A DNA stretch of 64,000 bases. It comes from an uncultured delta proteobacterium. Lineage in GTDB: Bacteria; Desulfobacterota; Desulfuromonadia; Geobacterales; Pseudopelobacteraceae. The stretch lies in NCBI GenBank assembly GCA_963772835.1, contig CAVYYZ010000002.1:224001-288000 (forward strand), written 5' to 3'. The translations under genes and the position numbers were made by a program. Position 1 is the first letter of the stretch, and every line of letters begins with the position of its first letter. Under the pieces are notes generated by a model. The model saw nothing but the letters and a program-made list of their open reading frames with translations. It searched no databases and was not told the DNA's origin. Shown here one piece after another: positions 51,124-61,593 of the stretch.

Positions 51124-52994
51124 TGAATCGCAAGAAAGGTTCGAATTGACGCCGCAATCCCGGCGCTGTCCAGTCCCAGCATGGCGCGCAGTTCGTGTTG
51201 TTCACCCTGGGGTATATAGGTATCGGGATAGCCGAGACGCAGCACCCTCGTCCCGTTAAGACCGCGCTGTTCAAGCAGTTCCAGAACCGCACTTCCAAAA
51301 CCTCCCTGAACGACATTTTCCTCAATTGTTATCAGGATACCGTATTTCTCTGCCAGCTGAACGATCATCTCTTCATCAAGCGGTTTCACGAACCTGGCAT
51401 TTACAACCGTCAAGGCGACACCTTCTGCGTTGAGAGTATCTGCTGCTGCCAAAGCCGGGTAAACCATCGTACCGAGGGCAAAAAGTGCGGCAGCGGCACC
51501 TTCACGAAGAAGTTCGGCGCGGCCGATCGGTAGTTCTGTCAGTGATTGATCCAACGCCACTCCGTATCCGTTCCCGCGAGGATAACGGATCGCAGCGGGA
51601 CTTCCGAGACTGATGGCGGTTGCCAGCATATGCTGCAGCTCGTTTTCATCTTTGGGAGCCATCAGAGTCAGATTGGGAAGATGCCGCAGATAGGAAAGAT
51701 CAAAGGCTCCATGATGAGTCGGTCCGTCACTCCCGACAACCCCGCCGCGATCGATGGCAAAAGTGACCGGAAGGTTCTGCAGACAGACGTCATGGCACAC
51801 CTGATCGTATGCTCGCTGTAAAAAGCTGGAGTAGACGGCAAAAACCGGGCGATACCCACCTGCCGCCAAACCGGCGGCAAACGTGACAGCGTGCTGCTCG
51901 GCAATGCCGACATCAAAAAAGCGGTCTGGAAACTCTTTGGAGAACCTGGAAAGGCCCGTACCGTCCGGCATGGCTGCCGTTATGGCGGTAATTCTCTCAT
52001 CCTCAGAGGCCAATTTGCAGAGCGCTTCCCCAAAAACTGCCGTATATGAGGCTGCGCCACCCTTCCCTTTATGTACTTTGCCGGTCTCAATCTCAAACGG
52101 GCCGACACCATGATACAGCGATGGATTATCTTCAGCAGGCTTATACCCCATACCTTTCTTCGTGAGAACATGAATGAGAACAGAGTTATCGAATTTTTTA
52201 ACATTTTCAAGTGTCTCGATCAGCGCCGGTAGATCGTGCCCATCTACCGGTCCGATGTACTCGAAGCCGAATGCTTCGAAAAGCATGCCGGGCGTAAACA
52301 ATCCTTTGAATGACTCCTCCATCTTGCGGGCCATATGGAGAACGCCTTTACCCATCTCCAGTCTTTTGAGAAATGATTCGGTACTTTTTTTGAAGCGATG
52401 GACAAATTCGCTTGAAGCTGTGCGGGTCAGAAAAGTTGAGAGTGCACCGACATTTTCAGCTATCGACATTTCATTATCGTTCAGGACAACGATCATGTCC
52501 TTATTGAGATGACCGGCGTGGTTGATCCCCTCATAGGCGATACCACCGGTCATGGATCCATCTCCGATAATTGCCAGAACCTTACCTTTGCGACCGTCCA
52601 GATCCCTGGCAACGGCAAAGCCGGTAGCGGCGGAGATCGAGGTGGATGAATGGCCGGCGTCGAACTGGTCATGCGGTGACTCATGGCGCTTGGGAAATCC
52701 GCTGATTCCATTCAGGGCGCGGAGCGTATCGAAATTATCACGCCGTCCGGTCAGCAGCTTGTGCGCGTACGCCTGATGTCCCACATCCCAGATAATCTTA
52801 TCAAAAGGAGTAGTAAAAACCCGATGCAGAGCGACTGTTAATTCCACAACCCCGAGAGACGGGGCCAGATGTCCGCCATTAGCGGCGCAGGTTTCGATAA
52901 TGACCTGCCTCAGATCTGCAGCAAGCTCAGGGAGCCGGGAAGCAGGAAGACGCTTGAGATCTTCCGGTGAATGTATTGAATCGAGAATCGACAT
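51120..52994 (-). CDS. dxs: 1-deoxy-D-xylulose-5-phosphate synthase
   Basis: [29 protein letters not shown]. Confidence 0.97.
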   Translation of the reverse strand: MSILDSIHSPEDLKRLPASRLPELAADLRQVIIETCAANGGHLAPSLGVVELTVALHRVFTTPFDKIIWDVGHQAYAHKLLTGRRDNFDTLRALNGISGFPKRHESPHDQFDAGHSSTSISAATGFAVARDLDGRKGKVLAIIGDGSMTGGIAYEGINHAGHLNKDMIVVLNDNEMSIAENVGALSTFLTRTASSEFVHRFKKSTESFLKRLEMGKGVLHMARKMEESFKGLFTPGMLFEAFGFEYIGPVDGHDLPALIETLENVKKFDNSVLIHVLTKKGMGYKPAEDNPSLYHGVGPFEIETGKVHKGKGGAASYTAVFGEALCKLASEDERITAITAAMPDGTGLSRFSKEFPDRFFDVGIAEQHAVTFAAGLAAGGYRPVFAVYSSFLQRAYDQVCHDVCLQNLPVTFAIDRGGVVGSDGPTHHGAFDLSYLRHLPNLTLMAPKDENELQHMLATAISLGSPAAIRYPRGNGYGVALDQSLTELPIGRAELLREGAAAALFALGTMVYPALAAADTLNAEGVALTVVNARFVKPLDEEMIVQLAEKYGILITIEENVVQGGFGSAVLELLEQRGLNGTRVLRLGYPDTYIPQGEQHELRAMLGLDSAGIAASIRTFLAIQ

Positions 52995-53029
52995 AAGCAC
53001 GCCAGTCTATGTTCAAAATTGAAATAGTA

Positions 53030-53923
53030 TCAGTTTCTACGCTGCACAATATACCGGGCGATCCCCCGCAGTGGATCGGCCTCTGCACCGAATATTTCCA
53101 GAGCACGCAACGCCTCATCCATCATCGCTTGGGCCTCTGCCTTGGCGGCAGCCACTCCCATCACAGAAGGATAAGTTGCCTTTCCACGGGCAACATCACT
53201 GCCGGCATCCTTGCCTATTTCCTCAGTGGTACCCTCAATATCAAGAATATCGTCTGCTATCTGGAATGCCAGTCCCGCCGCTTCACCATAACGGATGATC
53301 GCTGCCAGCTGCTGTCCGGCGGAACCTCCAAGGAGCGCTCCGGCCACTACCGATGCTTTAATAAGAGCTCCCGTTTTGTGAGTATGAATGTACTGAACTG
53401 TCGCCAGATCAATATCATGCGCCCCTTCACTCTCCATATCAACAACCTGACCGCCAACCATGCCGTAGGTGCCGGCGCACGTCGCAATTTCATGAATTAC
53501 TGCAAGCAGACCGGCCGGATCACACCCCTCGGAAAAGCGGCGGTCGCTGGCGAGCTTGAAAGCCTCGGTCAGAAGAGCATCTCCCGCCAGAATAGCTATA
53601 GCCTCGCCGAAAACCTTGTGATTAGTCGGATTACCGCGGCGGAAGTCATCATCATCCATGGCCGGAAGATCGTCATGAATCAGCGAATAGGTATGAATCA
53701 TTTCCATAGCACAGGCAGCCGGGAGAGCACTCTCTTTCTCACCGCCAACAGCCTGACAGGCTGCCAGCATCAGAATCGGCCTCACCCGTTTGCCCCCGGC
53801 AAAAATTGAGTAGCGCATAGCCTTATGAACCGAATGTGGAAGTTCCGTCTCTTTCGGGAGAAAACGGTCAAGTGCCGCATCAACCCTGGCGCACTCTTCC
53901 TGCAAATATACTTTCAGATCCAT
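53030..53923 (-). CDS. ispA: Farnesyl-diphosphate synthase
   Basis: GGKRVRP, HDDLPAMDDDDFRRG, FQIADDILD. Confidence 0.95.
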   Translation of the reverse strand: MDLKVYLQEECARVDAALDRFLPKETELPHSVHKAMRYSIFAGGKRVRPILMLAACQAVGGEKESALPAACAMEMIHTYSLIHDDLPAMDDDDFRRGNPTNHKVFGEAIAILAGDALLTEAFKLASDRRFSEGCDPAGLLAVIHEIATCAGTYGMVGGQVVDMESEGAHDIDLATVQYIHTHKTGALIKASVVAGALLGGSAGQQLAAIIRYGEAAGLAFQIADDILDIEGTTEEIGKDAGSDVARGKATYPSVMGVAAAKAEAQAMMDEALRALEIFGAEADPLRGIARYIVQRRN

Positions 53924-53940
53924 CGATCTTTCCTTTCCTG

Positions 53941-54171
53941 TTAATCGTCTCCTGACTCAAAGAGTTCGCGTTTGAGCGACCCATCCTTCTGTTTCAAAAG
54001 AATTTCGACTCGCCGCTCAGCGTCGTCAAGCCTGCCGGAGCAGAAAGCAGCATGCTTTACCCCCTCTTCAAAGGCTTTCAGAGAGTCCTCCAGCGAAAGG
54101 GAACCGTTTTCCAGACGCTTTACTATTTCTTCCAGTTTTTTCAGGGAAAGTTCAAATTTGTCAGCAGCCAT
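53941..54171 (-). CDS. xseB: Exodeoxyribonuclease VII small subunit
   Basis: FELSLKKLEEIVKRLE, LEDSLKAFEEG. Confidence 0.95.
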   Translation of the reverse strand: MAADKFELSLKKLEEIVKRLENGSLSLEDSLKAFEEGVKHAAFCSGRLDDAERRVEILLKQKDGSLKRELFESGDD

Positions 54172-54227
54172 AATCGGTCTCTCGCATAGATGTGATGTGT
54201 AATTGTATACAGGTATGAAGGAATGCG

Positions 54228-55577
54228 TCAAGTGTTGCCGGTTTCAAGCGATTCTACACGGCATCTGGCACTTCCCATATGGAGTTTGAGCAGCAGCTGA
54301 TCGCCGTTTGCCAACACTGCTGTGTCGGTCACCACCATTCCGGAACTGCCAAGTGTTGCAATCGCATAGCCGCGGGCAAGGGTTTTCAGAGGAGAGAGCA
54401 CTTCCAGGCGCGCGGCATTGTCGCCGAATTCCTGCCGGGATATTTCCAACCGCTGGGCCAGCGAACCTTCAGCCCTGCCTGACAGAAGAGCGATCCGGTG
54501 TCGCAGAACATTGACCCTTCCTTTCGGATCGTTATGCCGCAGTGCATCCTGGAGACGTTCAAACCGATCGCGACGACGGGATACAGCAACATCCAGACCT
54601 GTTTCGAGCCTCCCGGTCAGATCATCCATCCTCTGAGACAGATGCCCCAACATCGTACGCGGTTCGCGCAGTAACCTGCGCAGACTTTCGAGACGACCGT
54701 CGCAAACAGCGAGAAGATTCACAACCGATCTCCGTAAGCGCCCGGACAATGTGTCAATCCGGCTGCGAAGTTCGTCACTGCTCGCAATTACCAGCTCGGC
54801 AGCAGCAGACGGTGTCGGCGCTCTCAAATCAGCCACGAAGTCGCATATGGTCCAGTCAGTTTCGTGCCCCACCGCCGAGATGATAGGTATCTTTGACCGG
54901 TAGACCGCCCGGGCCACGACCTCTTCGTTAAAAGCCCACAGGTCTTCGAGCGATCCCCCGCCGCGCCCGACGATAAGCACATCGGCCTCTGCCAACTGAT
55001 TCATCTCGTCAATGGCCCTGGCGATTTCCAGCGCAGAGCCCTCACCCTGTACGCGTACCGGATAAAGTGAAACCTTCAGAGAGGCAAAACGGCGCTTCAA
55101 GACATTAAGAATATCGTGGATGGCTGCTCCGGTTGGCGAGGTAATCACACCGATATTGCGCGGATAGGTCGGCAGGCTGATTTTGTGCGTTTCGGCAAAC
55201 AAACCTTCGCCTGATAGCTTTTCCTTCAACTGTACAAAGGCGGTCTGCAGGGCGCCTACTCCTGACGGTTCAACGTATTCACAGACCAGTTGATAGTCTC
55301 CGCGCTGATCATACACAGATATGCGACCACGCACGATGAGAGCCATACCGTCAGTCAGCCGGAATGTATGATTTTTTACCGCCCCCCTGAACATCACACA
55401 GCGTAATTGCGCTCCGGAATCTTTGAGGGTGAAATAACAATGCCCGGAAGAGGGGTAGGATACATTGGATACCTCCCCCTGCACCCAGAGATGTTCGAAA
55501 TTTTCCTCAAGCACGCCACGCAGCAGTGCGGTCAACCGGCTGACTGTGAGAATTGTTTTTTCAGAAAAAATATTCAA
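54228..55577 (-). CDS. xseA: Exodeoxyribonuclease VII large subunit
   Basis: GHCYFTLKD, RGGGSLEDLWAFN, VGHETD, RAPTPSAAAE. Confidence 0.96.
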   Translation of the reverse strand: MNIFSEKTILTVSRLTALLRGVLEENFEHLWVQGEVSNVSYPSSGHCYFTLKDSGAQLRCVMFRGAVKNHTFRLTDGMALIVRGRISVYDQRGDYQLVCEYVEPSGVGALQTAFVQLKEKLSGEGLFAETHKISLPTYPRNIGVITSPTGAAIHDILNVLKRRFASLKVSLYPVRVQGEGSALEIARAIDEMNQLAEADVLIVGRGGGSLEDLWAFNEEVVARAVYRSKIPIISAVGHETDWTICDFVADLRAPTPSAAAELVIASSDELRSRIDTLSGRLRRSVVNLLAVCDGRLESLRRLLREPRTMLGHLSQRMDDLTGRLETGLDVAVSRRRDRFERLQDALRHNDPKGRVNVLRHRIALLSGRAEGSLAQRLEISRQEFGDNAARLEVLSPLKTLARGYAIATLGSSGMVVTDTAVLANGDQLLLKLHMGSARCRVESLETGNT

Positions 55578-55656
55578 TTGGGGTACTCAGCAGTGTGGTG
55601 TCTATTTTTTCCCGCCCGGAGAGGAGGGTTAAATGAATACATATCAAAAATATCCG

Positions 55657-55840
55657 GAGAGACGGCACGGTTAAGCGGCTACCTGGCGGTGTTTCTCACA
55701 CTCTAAAGTGGCCATGTCGCTTATGTGATTCAGGCAACAGCATACGACAAGGATCGTTCGCTCGTCCCGTCAAACGGTGAAATTCCAGACCTTGGCCTGA
55801 AACGGTCGGAGCACCGAGAACAAATATGGTGAACGTAATT
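55657..55840 (-). pseudogene. Decayed 5' remnant of a TPM-domain (DUF477/YgcG-like) gene
   Basis: Broken frames read GLEFHRLTGRAND..MLLPES and QVA/LTVPSL; lies directly after lemA. Confidence 0.55.
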
Positions 55841-55868
55841 CATGGTCATTACATAATAAACGATGCGA

Positions 55869-56453
55869 TCAGAATTTGACTTTGGGTGCCACCTTGGCCC
55901 CCTCTTCAGCCTTGAACGCCTCTTTGCGCTGCAGGTGCAGCATCACTGAATTAGTCAGAGAGTTAGGAAAGGTACGGATACTGGTGTTGAACACCTGAAC
56001 AGATGCGTTGTAACGTTCACGGGCGACATTGATGCGGTTTTCAGTCCCTTCCAGCTGTTTCTGCAGATCCAGGAAGTTTTGATTGGCTTTCAGGTCAGGA
56101 TATTTTTCGACGACAACCATCAGCCGTGACAGCGCGCCGGAAAGCTCCCCCTGTGCCTGTTGAAATTTGTTCAGAGTGGCAGGGTTATTGAGAACATCCT
56201 TTGACACCTGCATGGAACCGACCTTGGCGCGCGCCTCCGTGACCGCTTTGAGGGTGTCAGCCTCGTGAGCTGCATACCCTTTTACTACTTCAACAAGATT
56301 GGGTATCAGATCGGACCGGCGCTGATAGGATGATTCGACGTTGCCCCAAGCGGCAATAACAGCCTCTTCGTTGGCTTGCATGGTATTATAGCCGCATCCG
56401 GACAGCAGTGCGATAACTGCACCTAACGAAAGGTATGCAACAAGCTTTTTCAT
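55869..56453 (-). CDS. lemA: LemA family lipoprotein
   Basis: LLSGCGYN, YQRRSDLIPNLV, YPDLKAN, TENRI. Confidence 0.93.
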   Translation of the reverse strand: MKKLVAYLSLGAVIALLSGCGYNTMQANEEAVIAAWGNVESSYQRRSDLIPNLVEVVKGYAAHEADTLKAVTEARAKVGSMQVSKDVLNNPATLNKFQQAQGELSGALSRLMVVVEKYPDLKANQNFLDLQKQLEGTENRINVARERYNASVQVFNTSIRTFPNSLTNSVMLHLQRKEAFKAEEGAKVAPKVKF

Positions 56454-56493
56454 GATATTTCCTCCGTGGAATGTGTATGCTGCATTATATATG

Positions 56494-56754
56494 TCAATCT
56501 TCCGGACCATAAAAAATTTTCATTCCGGTCAGAACCACATTGCAAATAAGTGGCGTAATGTTGGCCAGAATCAACGGTAAATCACTAATAAGTATACCGT
56601 AAAACATCCATAGTGCAACTCCGAACGCCAGAAGGAGCGGCTGCCAGATGGAAATATCACGAACATGGCGGGTTTTCAGCGTTTTAATCACCTGCGGGAT
56701 GGAGGCGATACTAGTGAGTGTGCCGGCGATAAGGCCGATTGTCGTCGGAGTCAC
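56494..56754 (-). CDS. SemiSWEET/PQ-loop transporter
   Basis: IPQVIKT...RDIS, three TMs, PLILAN. Confidence 0.88.
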   Translation of the reverse strand: MTPTTIGLIAGTLTSIASIPQVIKTLKTRHVRDISIWQPLLLAFGVALWMFYGILISDLPLILANITPLICNVVLTGMKIFYGPED

Positions 56755-57485
56755 GAGCGTTTCCTCCCGTCAAACGCTGAACTGGCCCAGTCAATCTGTG
56801 TCAGCATACCGCGCAGCACGGTGACTTCACGACTGTCAAGATTCGCACGAAAGAAGATGCGCCGGAGCGAACGCATCATATGCGCCGGATTTTGCTCGTT
56901 CAGAAAACCTACCTTGTCCAGAGTGGCATTAAAGTGCGCAAAAAGCGTTTCCATCTCTTCGGATTTCGCCAGTTCAAGCTGCCGCCCTCCCCCTGCTGAC
57001 TCAGAGGCCTTGCCAAGTTCATAACAAATTAGCAGTACCGATTGGGATAAATTGAGCGAACCATACTCATTGGAAGTAGGAATAGTGGCATGCCAGCGGC
57101 AGAGGGACAGCTCTTCTGTCGTCAGTCCGTTGTCTTCACGCCCGAAAACGATTGCCGCCCGGCATGCGGGAGAGACCTGATCCCTGAGGCAGGAGGCCAC
57201 CTCAGCGGGAGAAAGGATTTCCTGACGGTATTTACCATGACGTCGGGTTGTACCGACAGTCAGAGTACAATCTGCCATGGCTGAAGCCAGGTCGGGGAAT
57301 ACCCGGGCGGATTCGAGCACATCCCGGGCTGCAACGGCGAATTTGAGCGCTTCCGCATCAAAACGATCACACCCTTTTACGATTCTCAACTGGTGAAAAC
57401 CCATATTTTTCATAGCCCGACAGGTCATACCTATATTACCGGGAGACTGAGGTTCAACCAGAATAATGACAATGTCTTTGTTCAA
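56751..57485 (-). CDS. trmJ: TrmJ/YjtD family tRNA methyltransferase
   Basis: PGNIG...RAMKN, FGREDNGL, SLNLSQ. Confidence 0.88.
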   Translation of the reverse strand: MNKDIVIILVEPQSPGNIGMTCRAMKNMGFHQLRIVKGCDRFDAEALKFAVAARDVLESARVFPDLASAMADCTLTVGTTRRHGKYRQEILSPAEVASCLRDQVSPACRAAIVFGREDNGLTTEELSLCRWHATIPTSNEYGSLNLSQSVLLICYELGKASESAGGGRQLELAKSEEMETLFAHFNATLDKVGFLNEQNPAHMMRSLRRIFFRANLDSREVTVLRGMLTQIDWASSAFDGRKRS

Positions 57486-58117
57486 GAGGATATCCTTTGC
57501 GAATCATGTACAGCCCGTATCCGTGCCAGTCGCTCTCTTGCAGGTTTTTTGAGTTTCCAGACATGATAGGCATGAATGCACCACGCAATGAAGATGAATC
57601 CAAACAGGGCCAGTACAAGGTACTGCTCATAGTTGCTGACGTTGTCCAGCACGAGCGAAGCGCTTTTGCCGAACAGATAGCCTCCCAGAGAAAAAACGAC
57701 TGCCCAGGCGAAGGCACTGAGTAGATTAATCCAGAGGAATGTGCGGGGGGCAAGATTGGTTATGCCGAGAATAATAGGCAGAACGATTCTGAATCCATAA
57801 GTGAATCGTGAGATAAATGCGACAAAGTTGCCGTATTTTTCAATCAGCTTAAGAGCTTCACGGAATTTTCGGGCGATGGAATGGAAACGTTTGAGCAACC
57901 CCCTCCCTTTAGAGCGACCAATGTAAAAATAGAATTGGTCTCCAAAGAACGATCCGGCCCAGGAGGTACAAACAACTCCGAAAATATCCAGATACCCCTG
58001 AAAGGCGAGAAAACCGGCCAGGAGCAGTATTGCCTCACCTTCCAGAAATGTCCCGACGAAAAGCACCCAGTATCCGTGAAGTTCCAGATACTCTTTAAGT
58101 ATTTGCTGAATATACAC
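57482..58117 (-). CDS. DedA family membrane protein
   Basis: GTFLEGE, GDQFYFYIGR, SRFTYGFR. Confidence 0.9.
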   Translation of the reverse strand: MYIQQILKEYLELHGYWVLFVGTFLEGEAILLLAGFLAFQGYLDIFGVVCTSWAGSFFGDQFYFYIGRSKGRGLLKRFHSIARKFREALKLIEKYGNFVAFISRFTYGFRIVLPIILGITNLAPRTFLWINLLSAFAWAVVFSLGGYLFGKSASLVLDNVSNYEQYLVLALFGFIFIAWCIHAYHVWKLKKPARERLARIRAVHDSQRISS

Positions 58118-58141
58118 AATCAGCCTCTGGTGTGGAACTTA

Positions 58142-59098
58142 CTAAACCGCAAGGCGAGCTGCTATTTCAGATTTCATCAGATCAATCATTTCGTCAATAC
58201 GGGCATGGGAATCATTCGCCATGGCATCGGTTTCCACCAAAGAGAGAAAGAGTGAGCGTGCGTTGTCATCAAGCAGTTGCGAGGGACCGCCATGCTCTTT
58301 GATTCTCTTTTCTACAATAGTACGGCCCGCTCTAGACAAATATGCTGCTGCCACTTCTGAAATGTCATCAACAAGTTCGAGCAGCTTCTTGTCACTGAAT
58401 GTTGAAAGAGAAGGGGCAGCCACAGGAAATTCTTTTGGGAGTGCCACAGCATTCCGCGTTCTGGCAGATTCCCATAGTTTCTGGAGGTTGACCATTTGCA
58501 GCAAATCATACTGCATGAGCTCTTCAAGCGGTTTGGTTGAACATATTTCAATACGCGCACCGGACAGAGCTGCAATTTTCCGGGCCTCGTCAGGAGAGGT
58601 ATCAATCGAGCTGGCACCATCGTGATAAAAGCCAATCGGCAAGCCGTCCTTATAAAACATCATGGCAGAACGTTCAGATGTATAAAACCTCACGACACCG
58701 TTGGTACCCAACCCTTTCACCCGTGACAGCACCCCCTTGACATCAACCTGCCGAACCTCTTCACCGTTAAAAAGACGCGGCCCTATCGTGAGAGCATGGG
58801 CACACACCGCAAGATCAACCGTCATACGATATACATCTATGTGACCATCTGCCAGCATCACCTGGTCAAACATGAGATTAATTGCCTCAAAGCCGGTTTT
58901 GTCGCGTCCGTTCGTGCAACTGAGGGCGCACAGGAGCTTTCCTTTGGCAAAAACACCATAGAAGTCAAAGTTTAAAACCGAATAGTGGAAATACCCGGTA
59001 AAACCACCATTGCCGAGTTTTCCAAGAACATCAGGAATAACAATATTCTTGGCCGGCATTTTTTCGTATAGCGGATTTGCTCTCGGCAGGAAACGCAT
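58142..59098 (-). CDS. Tandem DUF4388/PATAN-like protein (putative GTPase-activating-type family), paralog 2
   Basis: Shares LPxxNPLxE, GxFTGY, SAMxFYKDGxPxGFxHDGAS with 32509..33474. Confidence 0.6.
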   Translation of the reverse strand: MRFLPRANPLYEKMPAKNIVIPDVLGKLGNGGFTGYFHYSVLNFDFYGVFAKGKLLCALSCTNGRDKTGFEAINLMFDQVMLADGHIDVYRMTVDLAVCAHALTIGPRLFNGEEVRQVDVKGVLSRVKGLGTNGVVRFYTSERSAMMFYKDGLPIGFYHDGASSIDTSPDEARKIAALSGARIEICSTKPLEELMQYDLLQMVNLQKLWESARTRNAVALPKEFPVAAPSLSTFSDKKLLELVDDISEVAAAYLSRAGRTIVEKRIKEHGGPSQLLDDNARSLFLSLVETDAMANDSHARIDEMIDLMKSEIAARLAV

Positions 59099-59564
59099 CC
59101 CACATCCTCCCTATTGTACGTACATGTATCTGCTTTGATTCAGTTATTCAGCCGTAATATCAATACAACTCATTTACACAGCGGCAGCATGACAAGTGCG
59201 AAATTTTCTACCAGAAACGAACAAATATCAACATCTGGTTTCAAGCAACGTAAAGGATTTTAGAGATCATGTCAAAGCAAAATGAAACCGCATAAAATGC
59301 TGAATACCCTAATATAACCAAGATATTAAGCTTGACAAACCGACCCTGTTACAGTAGCTTTTACTCCTTTTAGAGTTGATTGTACTCAGGTATTTATTTC
59401 GTGGACGTGTTTTTTTCGCTTGTAGTTTTACAAAAATGATTTCTGAGGTTTTTCGTAAATGGTTCGCGGGCAAATATATTTCACGGACCAGATCGGCAGA
59501 ACAAGCTTCGTTAACTCGCGCTTCCATGTTTACCAGGTTCAGGTAACACCTCTCGAGGATATTG

Positions 59565-61439
59565 ATGTCCGTCCGTTCAAAAAAAGATAAACTGATCGAA
59601 GACGCTCAAAAGCTTACTTTGCGCTGTCAGTTTGATAAAGCCGCAAAAATCTACGAGCAGCTTCTCGCTTCAGAACCTGCTGCTGTTAACCTGCGTCAGA
59701 AACTGGCAGAACTGTTAATTAAATGCGAACGGAGTGATGATGCTCGCAAAGAGCTTGAGACCATCGGCAAGCATTTTTCAAAGAACGGATTTTATCTTAA
59801 GGCAATAGCGGTTTACAAACAGCTTCAAAAACTTTTTCCGGCAGACATTTCAATCTCCCTGATACTTGCTGAACTTAACGAGAAACATGGCCTCATCGCA
59901 AACTCCCTTTCCGAATACAAACTCGTATACGAATTTCATGAAAAAGCTGGTAATATTCCTGAGGCGCTCAACATTCTCGACAGAATGCAAAATGTTGATC
60001 CCCATAGTATTCCGATAAAAATAAAACTTGCTGAAGCCTACATTCAAAAGGGTAAAAAGAATGAGGCATACGAAGTATTCACAAAAACAGCATCATTATT
60101 GATGGAACGTGGTGACAACGCTACTCTTACCAAAGTCTGTGCTCGAATTCAGCAGTTTTTTCCCGACAAGCCGGACTTCATGCGTGAAATACTTACAGAG
60201 CAACTCCGTCTGGGCAATGCCGCATCTGCTATTGAAGGCATCCAGAATCTTCTTCGCAGCAACCCTAACGACAAAAGTGCATGGGATCTTGTTGTGCAGG
60301 CGTATCAACTGCTCAAACAACCTCAGAAAGTCAAGGTTGCCTACCAGCATTATCTGAAATTTTTCCCCTCTGAACCAGAGGCGATGCTTGGCCTTATCTT
60401 GTCTGTCGTAGCCGAGCAGAACATTTCCGAGGCACTTGAGCTACTTGACAAACATGAAGCCGCCCTTATTTCAGCAGGATTTCTTCAGCAATTGGAACAG
60501 GTATACCGTTCTCTTGACAAGCTGGACCCCATCAATATCAGAATCATGGAAGGCCTTATCAGGGTTGTCACCGCTGGGGGCAATGAGGCTGAGATTCAAG
60601 CGCTCACTTCAAAACTGAAGTCACTCCGTTCTGTCACCGGCGTTTTACAGAGCGATATCCCCGCGCCGGAATCAGCGGCCGTTTTTGTTGATGAACAACC
60701 CAAGGGCGGCCCGGTGCCCTCAGCTGAATCTTTCTTCGGCGAGAAACCCTTGAAAAAACCAACTCCGACCGATTTAAGCGGATCGAAGGTTGAAATATCC
60801 GCCGCGCCAAAGCCAGAAACAGAACCAACTGATACAGCAACTGCAGATAAGGTTCCGCCATCTGAAGAGGAGATTGAAATCGATATTGAAATCGATATTG
60901 ATTCCCCTTTCGGTTCTCTGGATCAACTAACTGATGCTGCATCAACCCATGACAACTGGCTTGAATCTGTTGGTGACCTGTTTGACTCCATTAACACCGC
61001 TCCGCGCGGGGTGAAGTTCGGCAACGAGATGGAAAGTTCCGATGCTCAGTCACATTTCGATCTGGGTCAGGCATTCAAGGAAATGGGATTATTTGATGAA
61101 GCTATTAACGAGTTCCGGCAGGCTTCGCTGGATCCGTCACGTCTGGTGGAATGCCTGATAATGCAATGCGTGTGTCTGAGGGAACGCGGTGAACTCGAAA
61201 AAGCAATAACTATGCTGCAGGCGCTATTAAAGCCGGGGCTAAACGAAGAAGAATACTGTGTCATAATGTACGAATTGGCATTATCATACGAAGCTGCAGG
61301 CAACAAAGAAGAGGCTAACATTCTTCTCAACGAAATAAGTGCAACAAATCCGGATTTTAGAGATATCAGCTCGCGCATTAACGCGGCAAATCTGTCGGAG
61401 TCGCTTGTTTTTTCTGATGATGAACTAAAGAATTTTTGA
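59565..61439 (+). CDS. Cytoplasmic TPR protein, SgmX-like architecture
   Basis: N-terminal TPRs (GFYLKAIAVYKQ), acidic/Pro linker, C-terminal TPRs SHFDLGQAFKEMGLFDEAINEF. Confidence 0.7.
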   Translation: MSVRSKKDKLIEDAQKLTLRCQFDKAAKIYEQLLASEPAAVNLRQKLAELLIKCERSDDARKELETIGKHFSKNGFYLKAIAVYKQLQKLFPADISISLILAELNEKHGLIANSLSEYKLVYEFHEKAGNIPEALNILDRMQNVDPHSIPIKIKLAEAYIQKGKKNEAYEVFTKTASLLMERGDNATLTKVCARIQQFFPDKPDFMREILTEQLRLGNAASAIEGIQNLLRSNPNDKSAWDLVVQAYQLLKQPQKVKVAYQHYLKFFPSEPEAMLGLILSVVAEQNISEALELLDKHEAALISAGFLQQLEQVYRSLDKLDPINIRIMEGLIRVVTAGGNEAEIQALTSKLKSLRSVTGVLQSDIPAPESAAVFVDEQPKGGPVPSAESFFGEKPLKKPTPTDLSGSKVEISAAPKPETEPTDTATADKVPPSEEEIEIDIEIDIDSPFGSLDQLTDAASTHDNWLESVGDLFDSINTAPRGVKFGNEMESSDAQSHFDLGQAFKEMGLFDEAINEFRQASLDPSRLVECLIMQCVCLRERGELEKAITMLQALLKPGLNEEEYCVIMYELALSYEAAGNKEEANILLNEISATNPDFRDISSRINAANLSESLVFSDDELKNF

Positions 61440-61593
61440 CGTACCGGCTCTGAAAAATCATACTACGCGCGTTAGCGAGACTATTCTCCGCCGATGAGCG
61501 CAAAAATATCTTTTCCCGCCATACAAGCATATGACAAAACGAAAAACAGGCACCAGTTACAATTTCAGACCAGACCCCAAGGAGGTTGACTAC

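Noticed and set aside
53009..53809. 266-aa plus-strand ORF, and the many similar antisense ORFs over rpoBC, maeB, the ABC genes and ribosomal genes
   Set aside because: Shadow frames opposite conserved genes, without motifs or RBS
55580..55860. Riboswitch or ncRNA upstream of xseA
   Set aside because: No known aptamer motif; better explained as a decayed TPM gene
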